DNA of 64,000 nucleotides, taken from NCBI GenBank assembly GCA_903908595.1, contig CAIVSN010000116.1:454-64453 (forward strand). Reading direction: 5' to 3'. Below the pieces are notes generated by a model. The model made no database searches. It was not told the DNA's origin and saw only the letters and a list, made by a program, of their open reading frames with translations. This document shows, one piece after another, positions 41,301 to 52,543 of the stretch (position 1 is the stretch's first letter; each line of letters begins with the position of its first letter). The stretch comes from an uncultured bacterium. Lineage in GTDB: Bacteria; Patescibacteriota; Gracilibacteria; BD1-5; UBA2023. The position numbers were made by a program, and so were the translations under genes.

Positions 41301-43466
41301 TTAAATGACGATAATAATTCTTTCGAGCCCCACCCTCCCCTTCTCCTTGTCCACGTTGATGATCTTGACGTTCACTTCCTCCCCGACGCTCACGTATTTG
41401 GAAATGTCTTCCACCCGTTCCTTGACCCCGAGTTTCGAGATGTGCATCATGCCGGACTTCCCTTTCGACCATTCGACGATGGCGCCGACCCCGTCGAGGA
41501 TCTTGACGACTTTGCCGTGCAGCACGTCGCCGACCTCGTCGTCTTTGAGAATGCCCTTGATGCGTTCCAAGGCGGCCTTTCCGCTCGCCTGGTCCTTCGC
41601 GGTAACGGAACATTGCCCGTTGTCTTCGAGATTGACTTCGACGCCGAATTCCTTCTCGATGCCCTGGATGGTTTCCCCGCCCTTCCCGATGACTTCCCGC
41701 ATTTTCTCTTCCGGTACGAACACGCTGAGGATGAACGGCGCGAACGGCGAAAGTTCCGACCGGGGAGCCGCGAGCGCCTGGGCCATGCTTGCCCGTATTT
41801 CTTTCAGGGCCGCGACGGATTGCGCGAACACTTGGTCGATTACGCCGAGTTCCAATCCGGAAATCTTGCAGTCCATCTGCAGCGCGGTGATGCCGTTTTC
41901 GGTAGAAGCGACCTTGAAGTCCAGATCCCCGAGGAAATCCTCCTGGGCCTGGATGTCCGAGAGCACCACGTATTCGCGGGTCTTCTCGTCGAAAATCATT
42001 CCCATGGCGACCCCGGCGACCGCCCGTTTGATCGGCACCCCCGCGTCCATCAGGGAAAGCGTGGATCCGCAAACGGAAGCCATGGAAGACGATCCGTTGC
42101 ACGTGAGCGTTTCGGAAACCACCCGGATGAAGTACGGGAATTCCTCAAGCGACGGGAGCACGGGTTCGAGCGCTTTTTCCGCGAGCCGGCCATGTCCGAC
42201 TTCCCGCCGTCCCACGCCTCGCAGCGGTTTGACTTCGCCGACGCTGTACGGGGGAAAATTATAATGGTGGATGTACCGCTTGGTATTTTCTTCGAACATG
42301 TCGTCGACGATCTGGATGTCGCCCGGACCGCCGAGGGTCGTCACCGAAAGCACCTGCGTCACCCCCCGCTCGAACAATCCGGAACCGTGGGTCCTCGGAA
42401 GGATGCCGACGGCAGACCGGAGCGGACGCACCTGGTCGGGTTTCCGTCCGTCGAGTCGGACTTTTTGCCCGAGGACCGAAGCCCGCATGTGGGTTTTGAC
42501 CATGGAATATACCGCTTCGGAAACGGCTCCGGCGTCGATGGCGTTTTCTTCGGCATCGGCCTTGTAGCCGAGATCCGAGAGCACGGATAATTCCAATTCC
42601 TTCAACCGGTCGTAAAATTCCGTTTTTCCGGTGCGGAACAACGGCTTGGTGCGTTCCGCGGTAACGAGGATCGCCACCCGGTCGTGGAGGATTTCGTCAT
42701 CCTCCTTGAGCGTGAGCTCGATGACCGGAAGCGCGTACGACTTCTGGTATTCCGTCAGGAAATCCAATTGCGCCTGACAGATTTCCCGGACGATTCCGTG
42801 CGCGAAGGCGAACGCCCGCGACATGGTCGCTTCGTCGACTTCCTGGGCCTGCGACTCCACCATGGTAATGGCGTCGAGCGTTCCGGCGATCGTGAGGTCG
42901 AGTTTCGCCGCCGCGATTTGCGCGAAGGTCGGATCAAAGACGAACTTCCCTTCCGCGTCCATCGCGATGCGGACGCCCGCTACCGGCCCTTCGAAATCGC
43001 CGACTCCCGCGAGCATGAGCGAGAGCGAGGCTCCCGTGATTCCCCAGAATCCGAAATCGGAAGTTCCGCCGGAACTCATGATGGTGGAAATGATCTGCAC
43101 GTCGTTCTGCACGCCCTTCGGGAACATCGGACGGATCGGCCGGTCGATGAGCCGGGAGGTGAGAACCGCCGTTTCGGAAGGCCGTCCTTCGCGCTTCATG
43201 AAGCGGTTGCCGCCGATTTTACCGGTCGCGTAGTACCGTTCGACGAATTCCACCGTGAGCGGGAAAAAACTCGCGGCCTTGGGTTCGGGATTGATGCCCG
43301 AGGTCGTGAGGAGATAGTTGCCGAGCGTATCTTGGATGACAATCGCGCCCTGGGCGAGCCGCGCCATACGGCCGGATTCGAAGGTTACCGGCTTGCCGGC
43401 GATATCAAAAGTCTTGGAAACGGGAAGTTTGCCCATCACGTTCTGATCGGAGAGTCCGGGAATCAT
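41301..43466 (-). CDS. pnp: Polyribonucleotide nucleotidyltransferase (PNPase)
   Basis: Intact 721-aa track ORF with two RNase PH domains, a KH domain (REVIGKGGETIQGI) and an S1 domain (GKVVKILDGVGAIVEW). No in-frame TGA. Ends in TAA. Confidence 0.95.
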   Translation of the reverse strand: MIPGLSDQNVMGKLPVSKTFDIAGKPVTFESGRMARLAQGAIVIQDTLGNYLLTTSGINPEPKAASFFPLTVEFVERYYATGKIGGNRFMKREGRPSETAVLTSRLIDRPIRPMFPKGVQNDVQIISTIMSSGGTSDFGFWGITGASLSLMLAGVGDFEGPVAGVRIAMDAEGKFVFDPTFAQIAAAKLDLTIAGTLDAITMVESQAQEVDEATMSRAFAFAHGIVREICQAQLDFLTEYQKSYALPVIELTLKEDDEILHDRVAILVTAERTKPLFRTGKTEFYDRLKELELSVLSDLGYKADAEENAIDAGAVSEAVYSMVKTHMRASVLGQKVRLDGRKPDQVRPLRSAVGILPRTHGSGLFERGVTQVLSVTTLGGPGDIQIVDDMFEENTKRYIHHYNFPPYSVGEVKPLRGVGRREVGHGRLAEKALEPVLPSLEEFPYFIRVVSETLTCNGSSSMASVCGSTLSLMDAGVPIKRAVAGVAMGMIFDEKTREYVVLSDIQAQEDFLGDLDFKVASTENGITALQMDCKISGLELGVIDQVFAQSVAALKEIRASMAQALAAPRSELSPFAPFILSVFVPEEKMREVIGKGGETIQGIEKEFGVEVNLEDNGQCSVTAKDQASGKAALERIKGILKDDEVGDVLHGKVVKILDGVGAIVEWSKGKSGMMHISKLGVKERVEDISKYVSVGEEVNVKIINVDKEKGRVGLERIIIVI

Positions 43467-43514
43467 AGGAAAAAAATAAAAAACATCTTTCCCATATCCG
43501 AACGAATGCCTCTT

Positions 43515-43633
43515 GAGACCCTGGAAAAATGATGAAATTCGAAGTCAATTTCGAGTACCGAAGGGAGGCGTACGAGAGTACGCCCGCAAGGAACGGAAAA
43601 ATTGACGAGAAGTTCGCATTTTTCCAGGGTCTC
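43515..43633. repeat. Family-A palindromic element, copy 4, in the pnp leader
   Basis: Perfect 17-nt termini gagaccctggaaaaatg / catttttccagggtctc. The central hairpin is cgtac-GAGA-gtacg. Confidence 0.85.
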
Positions 43634-43723
43634 TCTCGGCTTGCGACGACGGCACGAACCGCCGACGCAAGCAAAGAGGCTACGCTGGGTTTGGGAGATA
43701 GCCAGAGTATACGGGAAAAACCG

Positions 43724-46654
43724 CTATTGTAAAAGCGTAGGCGAATTTCGTACCGAATCGTCGGCGAATTTCGGCCTTTTGGCGTTCCGGAGGTACTCCG
43801 TGATTTTCCGCCCCTTCTGCTCGTATTGGCTCGCCAGAATCGGATGTTCGCACACGTTCTCAAAAATCTCCGTGACGAATTCGTAGAGTTTCGGCATTTT
43901 CTTATCGCCCATATGCATATACTCGAAGTACCCGATTTCGAAAATCAAAGCGATGATGAACGGGTCGACGATCTGGTCGAGCATCCCGATTTCCTTCCCG
44001 TTATCGTCGCGTTCCATCATGGAATAGATCGATTCGTCGGTTTCTTCCGAAAAATCCACGTTCGCGAATTGCTTCAAAAATGCCGTGAACACGTCGTTTC
44101 TCAGGCTTTTTCTCCGATCTTCGGAAGTTTCCTTCGGTTTCTTGTTCTTGCCGAGCGAATCGTCGATCTGGAAATCCTCCATATATTTGAGGAGATCGTT
44201 GAAATAATCGAGCGTAAATTCGATATCGTCGCCATGGACCCTCGCGAGCGTCCGGGAATAGAAGAGGTGCTTGGCAATATCGGCCCATTCCACCCGCTGG
44301 AGCGATTCGATGCGGTCGATTTCGTCGAACATCCGGATGTCGTACTGGTCCAAGAGCTCGTCGGACAGCGTTTCAAGCCGCAATGGATCCGAGAACAGGA
44401 GCGTCCGGCAGGCGCGGTGGAAAATCTCGGGATCGCCGTTCGCGGAGAGTTCGAGATACGTGCCGAGATAGTCCGGATGGTCTTCTGGCAAATCCTCGAT
44501 GAGTTTCAAAAGTTTCGAAGCGTCGTATACGCTCTGGTCCGGGCGTTTTTTCGCTTCTTTTTCCATAATCAGCCGGTTGGCCCGGGCGATGTCCGAGAGA
44601 AACCTCGGATCCTGGGTCTCCTGGTGGATTTCCTCGAAAAGCCGGAGGGCCATCTTGGGCTTCGGGGCCGAATACAGGTAGTATTCCGCAATCCTCGTCC
44701 TGGCCCGGAGATTGCCGGCGGCGGCGGCATCGCGGAGGATGGAGAGGCCGCTCCGGATTTCGCCGTACGCAATGGCGGTTTCCCCGAACATCGCGAGGAT
44801 TTCCGCGGGATAGCTCCCGTCGGGAAGGATATTTTCCTTGAGGATATCGGCAACGATAACTTTGAGGTCGATCGGGTTCTCGGGATCGAAATCCGGTCGG
44901 GTCGTCAGCGCCACGACCAAATCCTCCGGCGCGTGATTGCCGGAAAAAGCGAGGTTGAGCATCGAGGAGACCACCTCGGGATCATGGAGATCGGCTTGGG
45001 CGAACGCCGACAGCGCGTACCGTTCGTACCCGCAGTTCTGGAGCAGCCGCCCGAACTGCTTGGCGGCCGCGGGAGGCATGAAATCGAGATTGATCTTCTC
45101 GATCATCGCTTCCGTATAATCCACGTCGGCTCCGTAGAGGATCGCGGCCATCGTGAACGCGACCAGGCTTCCGTAGTCCTCAAGCGTGGGGGTATTCAGC
45201 TGGAACTTGCCTTCGAGCACGGCGATCTTGACCGCGTAATAGTTCTCTTCGGCCTTGAGCACGGACATCGCGGACTTCTGCATCAGGATGTAGAAATCGG
45301 CAAAATCGTCTCCGAGCAGCTTGAATATCGACTCGATCCGGGCGTGTACCAGCGTCAGGTCGTGCATCAGGGGCTTCAATGTCGCGAGGTCGTGTTCCTC
45401 GGCAAATTCCTTGAGCGTCCGGATCATGTCCGCTCGGTCGGGAGTGATCGCGAACCGCGCCGCGAGATAGAGGTGCGCGGAAAGCGTCGGTTCGAAATCG
45501 TCGGTGACTTCCGTATCCTCGGAATCGGCTTCTTCGTCGGATTCGTCCCCGGCTTCTTCCTTCAAAAATGCCCGGGCCCTCGGCAACGGATTTTTTTCGA
45601 GGAAATCCTTGAGCAGCGCCCGTTTTTCCCATCCGCCTTCGTACAGTCCCATGACGAAGGTCACGAACTGCTGCGAAGCCGGATAATTGCGGAATTCTAT
45701 CGCCGCGAGCCGCAGTCCCCGGAGCTGGTACAGTATGGCTTCGGGCGTGCCTTCCTTCTGTTCTTCCAATCCGCTCGCGACCGCTTCGAACAGGTCCTTC
45801 CGGAATCCTGATCCGAGAAAGTGATCCGCGCCATTTTCTCCCAGTTTTTCGATCGCGTCGAAGTCCCTCGGGAACCGGTAGTCCCGCAGGTGGGTTCACA
45901 AATCGCCGTCGAGCGGCTCCCCGAGATCCCGCAGGTATTGGAACAGCGGAATGGCCTCTTTGGAATTTTTCGTGATGAAGTGGACTTGCGCCAAGGCTCG
46001 TAGGGACTCGACGTCCCGGTACTGCTCCCATCCCATGGAGAGGATCCGTTTCGCGAGCTCGATTTTTTTCTTTTCGAGGAGGATTTGCGCGTACGGCACG
46101 ATGGCCGCGGCATCGCCGTCGAGCTGGAACGCGGTCCGGAAGGATTTCGCCGCCGGCATGGTTTTCTTGGCGACGTACCTGAGGTACATCGCGTAGGCCC
46201 GGTCGAACTTGGGATCCCACTCGCCCCGGGCCTCGATTTTCTCAAGGAATTCTAGGAAAAACGCCTCGAACCGCTGGGAAAACAGTTCCCGTTTCCGGCC
46301 GAATTTTTCGTCGGCATCCGAATCCTGCGACCAGTAATCATGCCCCATGATCGCGATGACGTTCTCGCACAAGGCGCCCGGCACCTCGTTCATGATCCGG
46401 TTCAGCCAGCTGAAAATCCGGACCAGCCAGCCTTTTTCCAAGAGCTGGAGCGAAATCTTGACGATGGTTTCCCGGGGCATCCCTTCGAGGGAAGGAATCG
46501 CGTCGAGGCACGCGCCCGCCTGGGACTTGGACGCGGCGAGGAGCCGGTAGGCCCGCTGTCCGTCCTCCTCGGCGGAAAGGCGCAACATCGCCTCCTTGTC
46601 GAAATACGGGATAAATGCGGGATTATCGTTTTTACCTGGGGCGGGAAGGTTCAT
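43724..46654 (-). CDS. Large hypothetical all-alpha protein (976 aa)
   Basis: Same-frame track ORFs 45896-46654 and 43724-45769 are joined by TGA 45896-45898. Ends in TAG. No family recognised. Confidence 0.6.
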
Positions 46655-46778
46655 ATGGCGGGATTGGATTTGGTATTTTATAATTGAATAATTTGCAAAG
46701 TCAAAAGATAGCGCCGAGGGATTTTTTGTTTTGACATTCTTTCCGAAGAACTGGATGGGTGTAAAGATAATCCGGGAG

Positions 46779-46823
46779 TATACCTAACCGAATCTATGGC
46801 CATAAAATACCGAAAACCAAATT
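46779..46823. repeat. Family-B arm fragment (inverted)
   Basis: The reverse complement, aatttggttttcggtattttatggccatagattcggttaggtata, aligns to the left arm of the 10609-10774 copy. Confidence 0.65.
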
Positions 46824-46825
46824 CG

Positions 46826-46991
46826 CTTAGTCTCTAAGCAAAAATAAGTTGCAACTTTGCCGCGTATGCATGAGGTATCAGGCAAGGCGACTCTTACGCA
46901 GTGGAGCGGGCTCCACAAGTATGAGGCAACGATGGCTGATATCTTATGCATACGATGGGAAAGTGTAAGTTATTTTTGCTTAGAGACTTAG
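46826..46991. ncRNA. Rod-like structured element of ~165 nt. It is either a candidate ncRNA or a palindromic mobile element.
   Basis: A 22-bp closing stem (cttagtctctaagcaaaaataa / ttatttttgcttagagacttag), a 19-bp inner stem with two G-U pairs (cgtatgcatgaggtatcag / ctgatatcttatgcatacg), and an apical hairpin gtggag-cgg-ctccac. Confidence 0.4.
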
Positions 46992-47134
46992 GTATATTTT
47001 TGGAATTTGGGGAAAGTGACAATGCAACCATGGGAATGACACGCTCAAAATCGAATTTGACAATCGCGATACGGTCCATATATTGCGGACGGCTCAACCA
47101 AAATCAGTTGGAGGCCGCAAAATAGGAGTATACC

Positions 47135-47485
47135 GTGGAAATACAAATATACCTGATTGGCTTCGATCTCTGGCTTCTCGTCCTCACGACCCTGCTCGGA
47201 ATGACGGTAAGCACGATCGGATATGTGAAACGTTTGCCGAACGGGAAACGGTTCGATATCGTCAAAGCATGGAAAACGTCAATCATTGCCACAATGTTGC
47301 TATTGTGGGGATTGATCATCGCGCTCATGGTCTGGTTTTCTTACGAACCGGAATCGTTCGGCAAGTTTTTCTACTATCCCATCCAACTCTTCTCTGCCGG
47401 AATCGTCGGCGAAACGTTGGCGCTCGGGTTGTCCTGGATTCTCAAAGGGCATCGCAATTCCCTTCTGAATCTCGGGAAAACCTGA
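47135..47485 (+). CDS. Small membrane protein (116 aa) with standard-code hallmarks. It ends in TGA.
   Basis: AGGAG 47124-47128 lies 6 nt before GTG 47135. It has about four hydrophobic helices. The ORF closes with TGA 47483-47485, and an intrinsic terminator follows at 47520. Under code 25 the frame stays open to TAA 48992-48994. Confidence 0.5.
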   Translation: MEIQIYLIGFDLWLLVLTTLLGMTVSTIGYVKRLPNGKRFDIVKAWKTSIIATMLLLWGLIIALMVWFSYEPESFGKFFYYPIQLFSAGIVGETLALGLSWILKGHRNSLLNLGKT

Positions 47486-47519
47486 AATCTTCCCCGGGAA
47501 ACCCCCGTGGAAACCCCCA

Positions 47520-47551
47520 ATCCCGGAACGGCGACGTTCCGGGATTTTTCT
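47520..47551 (+). terminator. Intrinsic terminator
   Basis: aatcccggaacg-gcga-cgttccgggatt, followed by ttt. Confidence 0.75.
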
Positions 47552-47624
47552 GAATCGGGAATCCCGGGATTCCATTTTTTGAAAATCCCCGTACAATGCC
47601 TGCCAATCCTAATCATAACCCATT

Positions 47625-48437
47625 ATGAACACGCCACCATTTTCCCTCGCGCTCGGCGGATGAGCCGCCCGGGGACTCGCCCATGTCGGAATCATACGGT
47701 ATCTCGAAGAACACGGGCTCCGCGCGGAAGAAGTCTCCGGAACGAGCATGGGATCCATCATCGCGGCGCTCTACGCCTATTGAAAGACGTCCGAAGAAAT
47801 GCGGAATATCTGTGCCGATATCAAGTTCGTCAAGCTGATCGATCTCGATCTCAAGAAATGACTCCTCAAGGGGAACAAGATCGAAAAGCTTCTCGAATCC
47901 ATATTCTGAAACGCGAAGATCGAGGATTTGAAAATGCCCTTGAAAATCGTTTCCGCCAATATCGACACCGGAGAAAAACGCGTTTTCGAAACAGGTCCGG
48001 TCGTCGACGCCATCCGTTCTTCCATCAGCATTCCCGGAATCATCATGCCGAACGAACTCGGCCTCGAACGGCTGGTTGACGGGGGCATCGTCAACAATCT
48101 CCCCGTGGAAATCCTCAGGGGCAAAAACGTCATCGCCGTTTCGGTCTTACGGGACGTCTCCCGTCCAATCGACATGAAACTCAAAGTCCTCGGGTTCGAG
48201 ATGAACCAATCCATTTTCTGAATCGGGTATCAGATCTTGCAGAAAACCATCGACATCATGGTAAACCAGAACGAAAAAAGGTCGTTGGAATCGGAAAAGC
48301 ATATCGTCCTGCTCGAACCGAAATTCCCGGGAATCGATTATTACGAATTCCAGAAGTACGACGAAATCATCGGCATCGGATACGCTACGGCCATGAACGC
48401 CGGGCTGATTGGCCGATTATCCGAAAAATTCGAATAA
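47625..48437 (+). CDS. Patatin-like phospholipase
   Basis: ATG 47625. Frame-0 track ORFs 47928-48221 and 48237-48437 are joined with upstream sequence across 5 TGAs. Motifs: LALGG[TGA]AARG (GGGxRG), GTSMGS (GxSxG), DGGIVNNLP (DGG). Ends in TAA. Confidence 0.85.
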
Positions 48438-48449
48438 TCCAAATCGAAC

Positions 48450-49007
48450 ATGCCACTGGAAACCATCGTCGCGTTCGATCGATACTGCATCCTTTCGGTA
48501 TCCGCGTTCCAAAGCCCCTGGCTCGACCCCGGCATGATTGCCCTTACCAAAGTCGGGGATATGGGAGCGGTATGGCTGATCGGTACCGCCACCCTGCTCC
48601 TCTGGCAGAAATACCGGTACGAAGGAGCCGTTATTTTTTCCGGACTGGCATTGAATACGGTCCTCGGGGAATGAATATTGAAGCACGTTTTTCAAAGGGA
48701 TCGCCCATTTCTCGATCTGCACGAAGTCGCGCTCAAGATTCCGGCTCCGATTACTTCGTCGTTTCCGTCGGGACACACGAGTGCTTCGTGGTGTTTTGCC
48801 CTGCTGTTCACGGTATTTTTTTGGAAACGTTCGAGATCCGCCGTCATCCTCGTCTGGACGTTGGCAATCGGCATCGCGTTTTCCAGGTTTTACCTCCAGG
48901 TACACTATCCGAGCGATATTCTGTGAGGAATGGCTATCGGTACGGCCAGTTCGATTGCGGTAATCTACATTTTTGGAAAAATCGACGCCAGTAAAAAACT
49001 CCCCTAA
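48450..49007 (+). CDS. PAP2 superfamily phosphatase (BcrC/undecaprenyl-diphosphatase-like)
   Basis: Frame-0 track ORFs 48450-48674 and 48678-48926 are joined by TGA 48672 and 48924. Motifs: KHVFQRDRP, PSGHT, SRFYLQVHYPSDIL[TGA]G. Ends in TAA 49005-49007. Confidence 0.8.
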
Positions 49008-49021
49008 CCGGGGAGTTTTTT
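48994..49021. terminator. Bidirectional terminator between convergent genes
   Basis: aaaaactcccc-taacc-ggggagttttt. The PAP2 stop codon lies in the loop. Confidence 0.6.
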
Positions 49022-49039
49022 ACTGGCTGGCAATTCCAA

Positions 49040-49918
49040 TTATTTCTTAGCCGGAGCGGGAACCACTGCTGGCGCTGGAACCACTGCCGGAGCGGGAACC
49101 ACTGCCGGAGCGGGAACCATGCCCGGAACGGTCATTCCTTCGGGAATACGTCCGGTCTGCTTGCTGTCTACGGCGTCCAAGAACGACCGGAGAATGTCGA
49201 ATCCGATTTTCTTCCTTTCGATTTCCGATTTCGAATCGAGCTTCACGTTGATGTCGGAAGTCGCCTTATGGAGGTTTTCCCCGACTTGCTTCATTACGTT
49301 GACCCCTTCGACACACATGTTGAGCTGCTCAGCGACGTTATTCGTGAGAATCTGGCTCAGGGTCCGATCCACGCCTTCCACGAGCGCCCCCTTCAATTGG
49401 TCAAGCTGATCCTGGGTAAGGACGGCGCCGTTGGTAAGCTTCAGATTGGTGAGTTGGATACCCATTTCGGTATTGAGAACCCCTTCGAACTCCTTTCGGG
49501 AAATCTCCACCGCTTTCACGTTGAGTTCCTTGTATTGTGCCAACAGCTTTTCCTGCATGACGGGAAGGTACGCCTCGAATTGCTTCTTGAGTTCCTCGAA
49601 GAGGACCGGTCCGCTTTTTTCTGCCGTCTTACCGAGTTCTTCCGTAATCCGTGGCATTACCTGGACTACGCTGTATTTCGCGTTTTCCAAAAAGGCCGGG
49701 CTGGTGAAATACCGGTACATACTCACGAAAATGAAAGTATTGTAGAGGATAACCACCAGGATCGCGATCCATACGTACTTCTTGGTCTTGTCACCTTTCG
49801 CGCGCTCCTCCTTCTCCGCGAGGAGCATCTTGAGTGCTTGCTGAATGTCTAACATTTTCGCGGAATCCGCAGAATTGGAATCTTCCGGTGAGGCGTTGGT
49901 ATTTTTGTCTCGAGCCAT
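49040..49918 (-). CDS. Membrane-anchored coiled-coil protein with a C-terminal (PAPAVV)n tail
   Basis: Intact 292-aa track ORF with one TM helix (YVWIAILVVILYNTFIFVSMY). 18-nt tandem repeats at 49050-49124. Ends in TAA. Confidence 0.65.
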   Translation of the reverse strand: MARDKNTNASPEDSNSADSAKMLDIQQALKMLLAEKEERAKGDKTKKYVWIAILVVILYNTFIFVSMYRYFTSPAFLENAKYSVVQVMPRITEELGKTAEKSGPVLFEELKKQFEAYLPVMQEKLLAQYKELNVKAVEISRKEFEGVLNTEMGIQLTNLKLTNGAVLTQDQLDQLKGALVEGVDRTLSQILTNNVAEQLNMCVEGVNVMKQVGENLHKATSDINVKLDSKSEIERKKIGFDILRSFLDAVDSKQTGRIPEGMTVPGMVPAPAVVPAPAVVPAPAVVPAPAKK

Positions 49919-50132
49919 AAAAAAAAGTTAAAGGTAAAAAAGTATTAAAAAAAGATATTTCTTTTTTTGTACCGCGGTAGTATATATACATTTTTTGAAT
50001 ATTCCAAAAGATTATGCATAAGGGGGAATTAAGCGTCAAGGGAAAATCGGTTTCCTTAAGAAAAAATATTGTTTTTCCGGTAAAATAAAACGTTGGGAAC
50101 CGTCGTGAAAAAATGGTTTCGAATGGGAAATG

Positions 50133-52439
50133 TTAGGAAGCGGAATCCGAGGAAGGATCGTATTCTCCGCACCAAATAGAGTTTCTTCCATGTTCTTTCG
50201 CCTGGTACATGGCATCGTCGGCCTGCTTCAATATATCGTCGGCATGCGTCTCGTCCCCATCGAATACCGCTATTCCGATGCTTCCCGTACACCGGTGATT
50301 GACGTGGATTTTTTCCCGTTTTTCGTTCGTTATGGAGAGCGAATATTCCTCGCCGAGCGAACTGAGAATTTTTTCGGCGACGTTTTTTGCCAATACGGAA
50401 GAATCTCCTGGATCAAGATTCAATTCGTTCAACAGGATGGCGAATTCGTCTCCTCCGAAACGCGCGACCGTATCGGTTTCCCGAACGCAATCCTTCATGC
50501 GGTTCGCGGCCTCTATCAGGAGGAGATCCCCGAATTTATGGCCGAATTGGTCGTTCAGCGGCTTGAAATTGTCGAGGTCGATGAACAGGACCGCGCCAAA
50601 CGACCGGCTCCGTTTATGGCTGATCATGGACAGTTGCAGGCGCTCGAAGAACAGCCTCCGGTTCGGCAGATTCGTCAGCCCGTCGTGGAACGCCATCCGG
50701 AGCACCTTGTCCTGAAGCTCCTTCCGGTCGGTGATATCGGTAATGAAGCCGTGCCAGATGGTCGAACCATCCGCTTCCCTCTCCGGAGCTGCATCGCCAA
50801 AAAGCCACCTTACGGTCCCATCGTCGAATTTTATTCGATACTCGTGTTTCCAGAGCGACAGGTTTACGGCAGAAGCATTGATGGAAGCGACAACCCCGCT
50901 ATAGTCCTCGGGGTGCAAATTGGTGAATACCTTGGAAGCATCGTTCTTTACCTCGTCGGGAGAAACCCGGTAAATCGCGAAGATGGCCTCGCTCGCGAAC
51001 GGAAAACACGACGTGCCATCCGGCCGAAGCCGGAACTGGTATACGAGACCGGGAACGCGGCTCGCGATTTTGAGCAACAGATCGAGCGTGTTTTTCCGGT
51101 CGGAAATATCGGTATGGGTACCGAACATCATGAGGGGTTTCCCGTCGGGAGTCCTCGTGATAACCTTTCCGTGATCGCGCACCCAGATCCAGCGTCAATC
51201 CCGATGCTTCATCCGGCAATCGAAATCGTAATACGGGAGCTCACCGGAAAAATGCCGTTCGAGCAACGCTCACGATTCTTTCAAATCGTCAGGATGGGCC
51301 AATTCTCACCAGGTCTTGATGCTGATGGGCTGGAGTTCGTCGAGCGTATATCCGACGATTCGAGCCCACGTTTCATTGAAGATCGTCTCGCCGGTCTGAA
51401 CGTTCCATTCCCAAGTGGCCGCGTCTGTGCCTTCGATGATATTCTCGAACCTCCAAGAGATATTCCGAAGCTTTTCCTGGATGATTTTCTGTTCGGTGAT
51501 ATCCTGTCATTCCGGCAACAGATACATGACCAGCCCATTTTCGTCGAAAACCGGGGAGAGGCTGAAGTCGATGAAGTGCCGGGTTCATTCGATATCCAGG
51601 TGAATGACTTCTTTCCTGACGAATTTCCCGTTTTTCGCTTCCCGAATTGCCTCGATCAGCGTTTTTTGGGCATCGGGAGAATATGACCACCATACACCTT
51701 CCCAGAAGGGCTTCCCCACGATTGCTCCGATGTCGGTCCCGATGAAATCCAACGAGGTCCTATTGGCTTCTATGACGATGCCGTCCGGATCCAGCAGTCC
51801 GATGAACTCGCGGGAAAGGTTGAAAATGGCTCGGTACCTTTTCTCGCTTTCCACCAGGTTCCTTTCCAAGAGTTTTCGCTCCGTGATATCGTGGATGACC
51901 GAGAAGAGGATTTTGCTCCGGTTGAATTCGATGGGGGAAGAATGGACTTCGACCAATCGTTCTTCCCCGCTTGCCAACTTGTGGGGAAAATGGAAATAAT
52001 TCCGATGATCGCTGACGGCGTTGACCAGTTCAGTTCTGATTTGTCCATCGGATAGCATGTTGAGTTCCCGGATGTTTTTTGCCCGGAGATCGTTTTTTGA
52101 ATATCCATAGAATTCCGCGGCGGCATCGTTGGCATCGAGTATGGCACCGGTAGGGGGATCGACCAATAGCATGATGGCGCTGTGTCGACCGAACAGGTTA
52201 CGAAAATCCCCCCTTACTTCCAACGGCAGTTCCGGTATCTCGGCCTTCTCGACCGGTTTTCCCCTACCGCCATCGGGAGTCCCGACGATCGCTTCGGCGC
52301 TCAGAGAAATGGCCTCCTGCAAGGCTTGGACTCCGTATTCCCGGATCATCCGGGCCAATTCCAACCCGTCGGCCGTCGAAAAGGATTTCGGAGGGGTCTG
52401 CGAAATCGTCGAAGAATGCACCAATGGAAGAACGCTCAT
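50133..52439 (-). CDS. Multi-PAS sensor diguanylate cyclase (GGDEF)
   Basis: Same-frame track ORFs 51585-52439 and 50133-51182 are joined across 5 in-frame TGAs. PAS blocks are followed by [14 protein letters not shown]...[11 protein letters not shown]...[14 protein letters not shown]. Ends in TAA. Confidence 0.85.
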
Positions 52440-52543
52440 TTTATCTGGAGGGTATTATCGAGTTACGATCGCGATGAACGTTCATAATGAACATTTCAAT
52501 AAAAAAGTCAACTAATATTGGCCTCATGCGTTCGTTGCGATTT

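Noticed and set aside
47040-47134. A riboswitch (for example the fluoride/crcB type) in front of the small membrane ORF at 47135.
   Set aside because: The encoded protein lacks CrcB motifs, and the leader shows only a generic hairpin next to the Shine-Dalgarno motif. I recognised no conserved riboswitch core.
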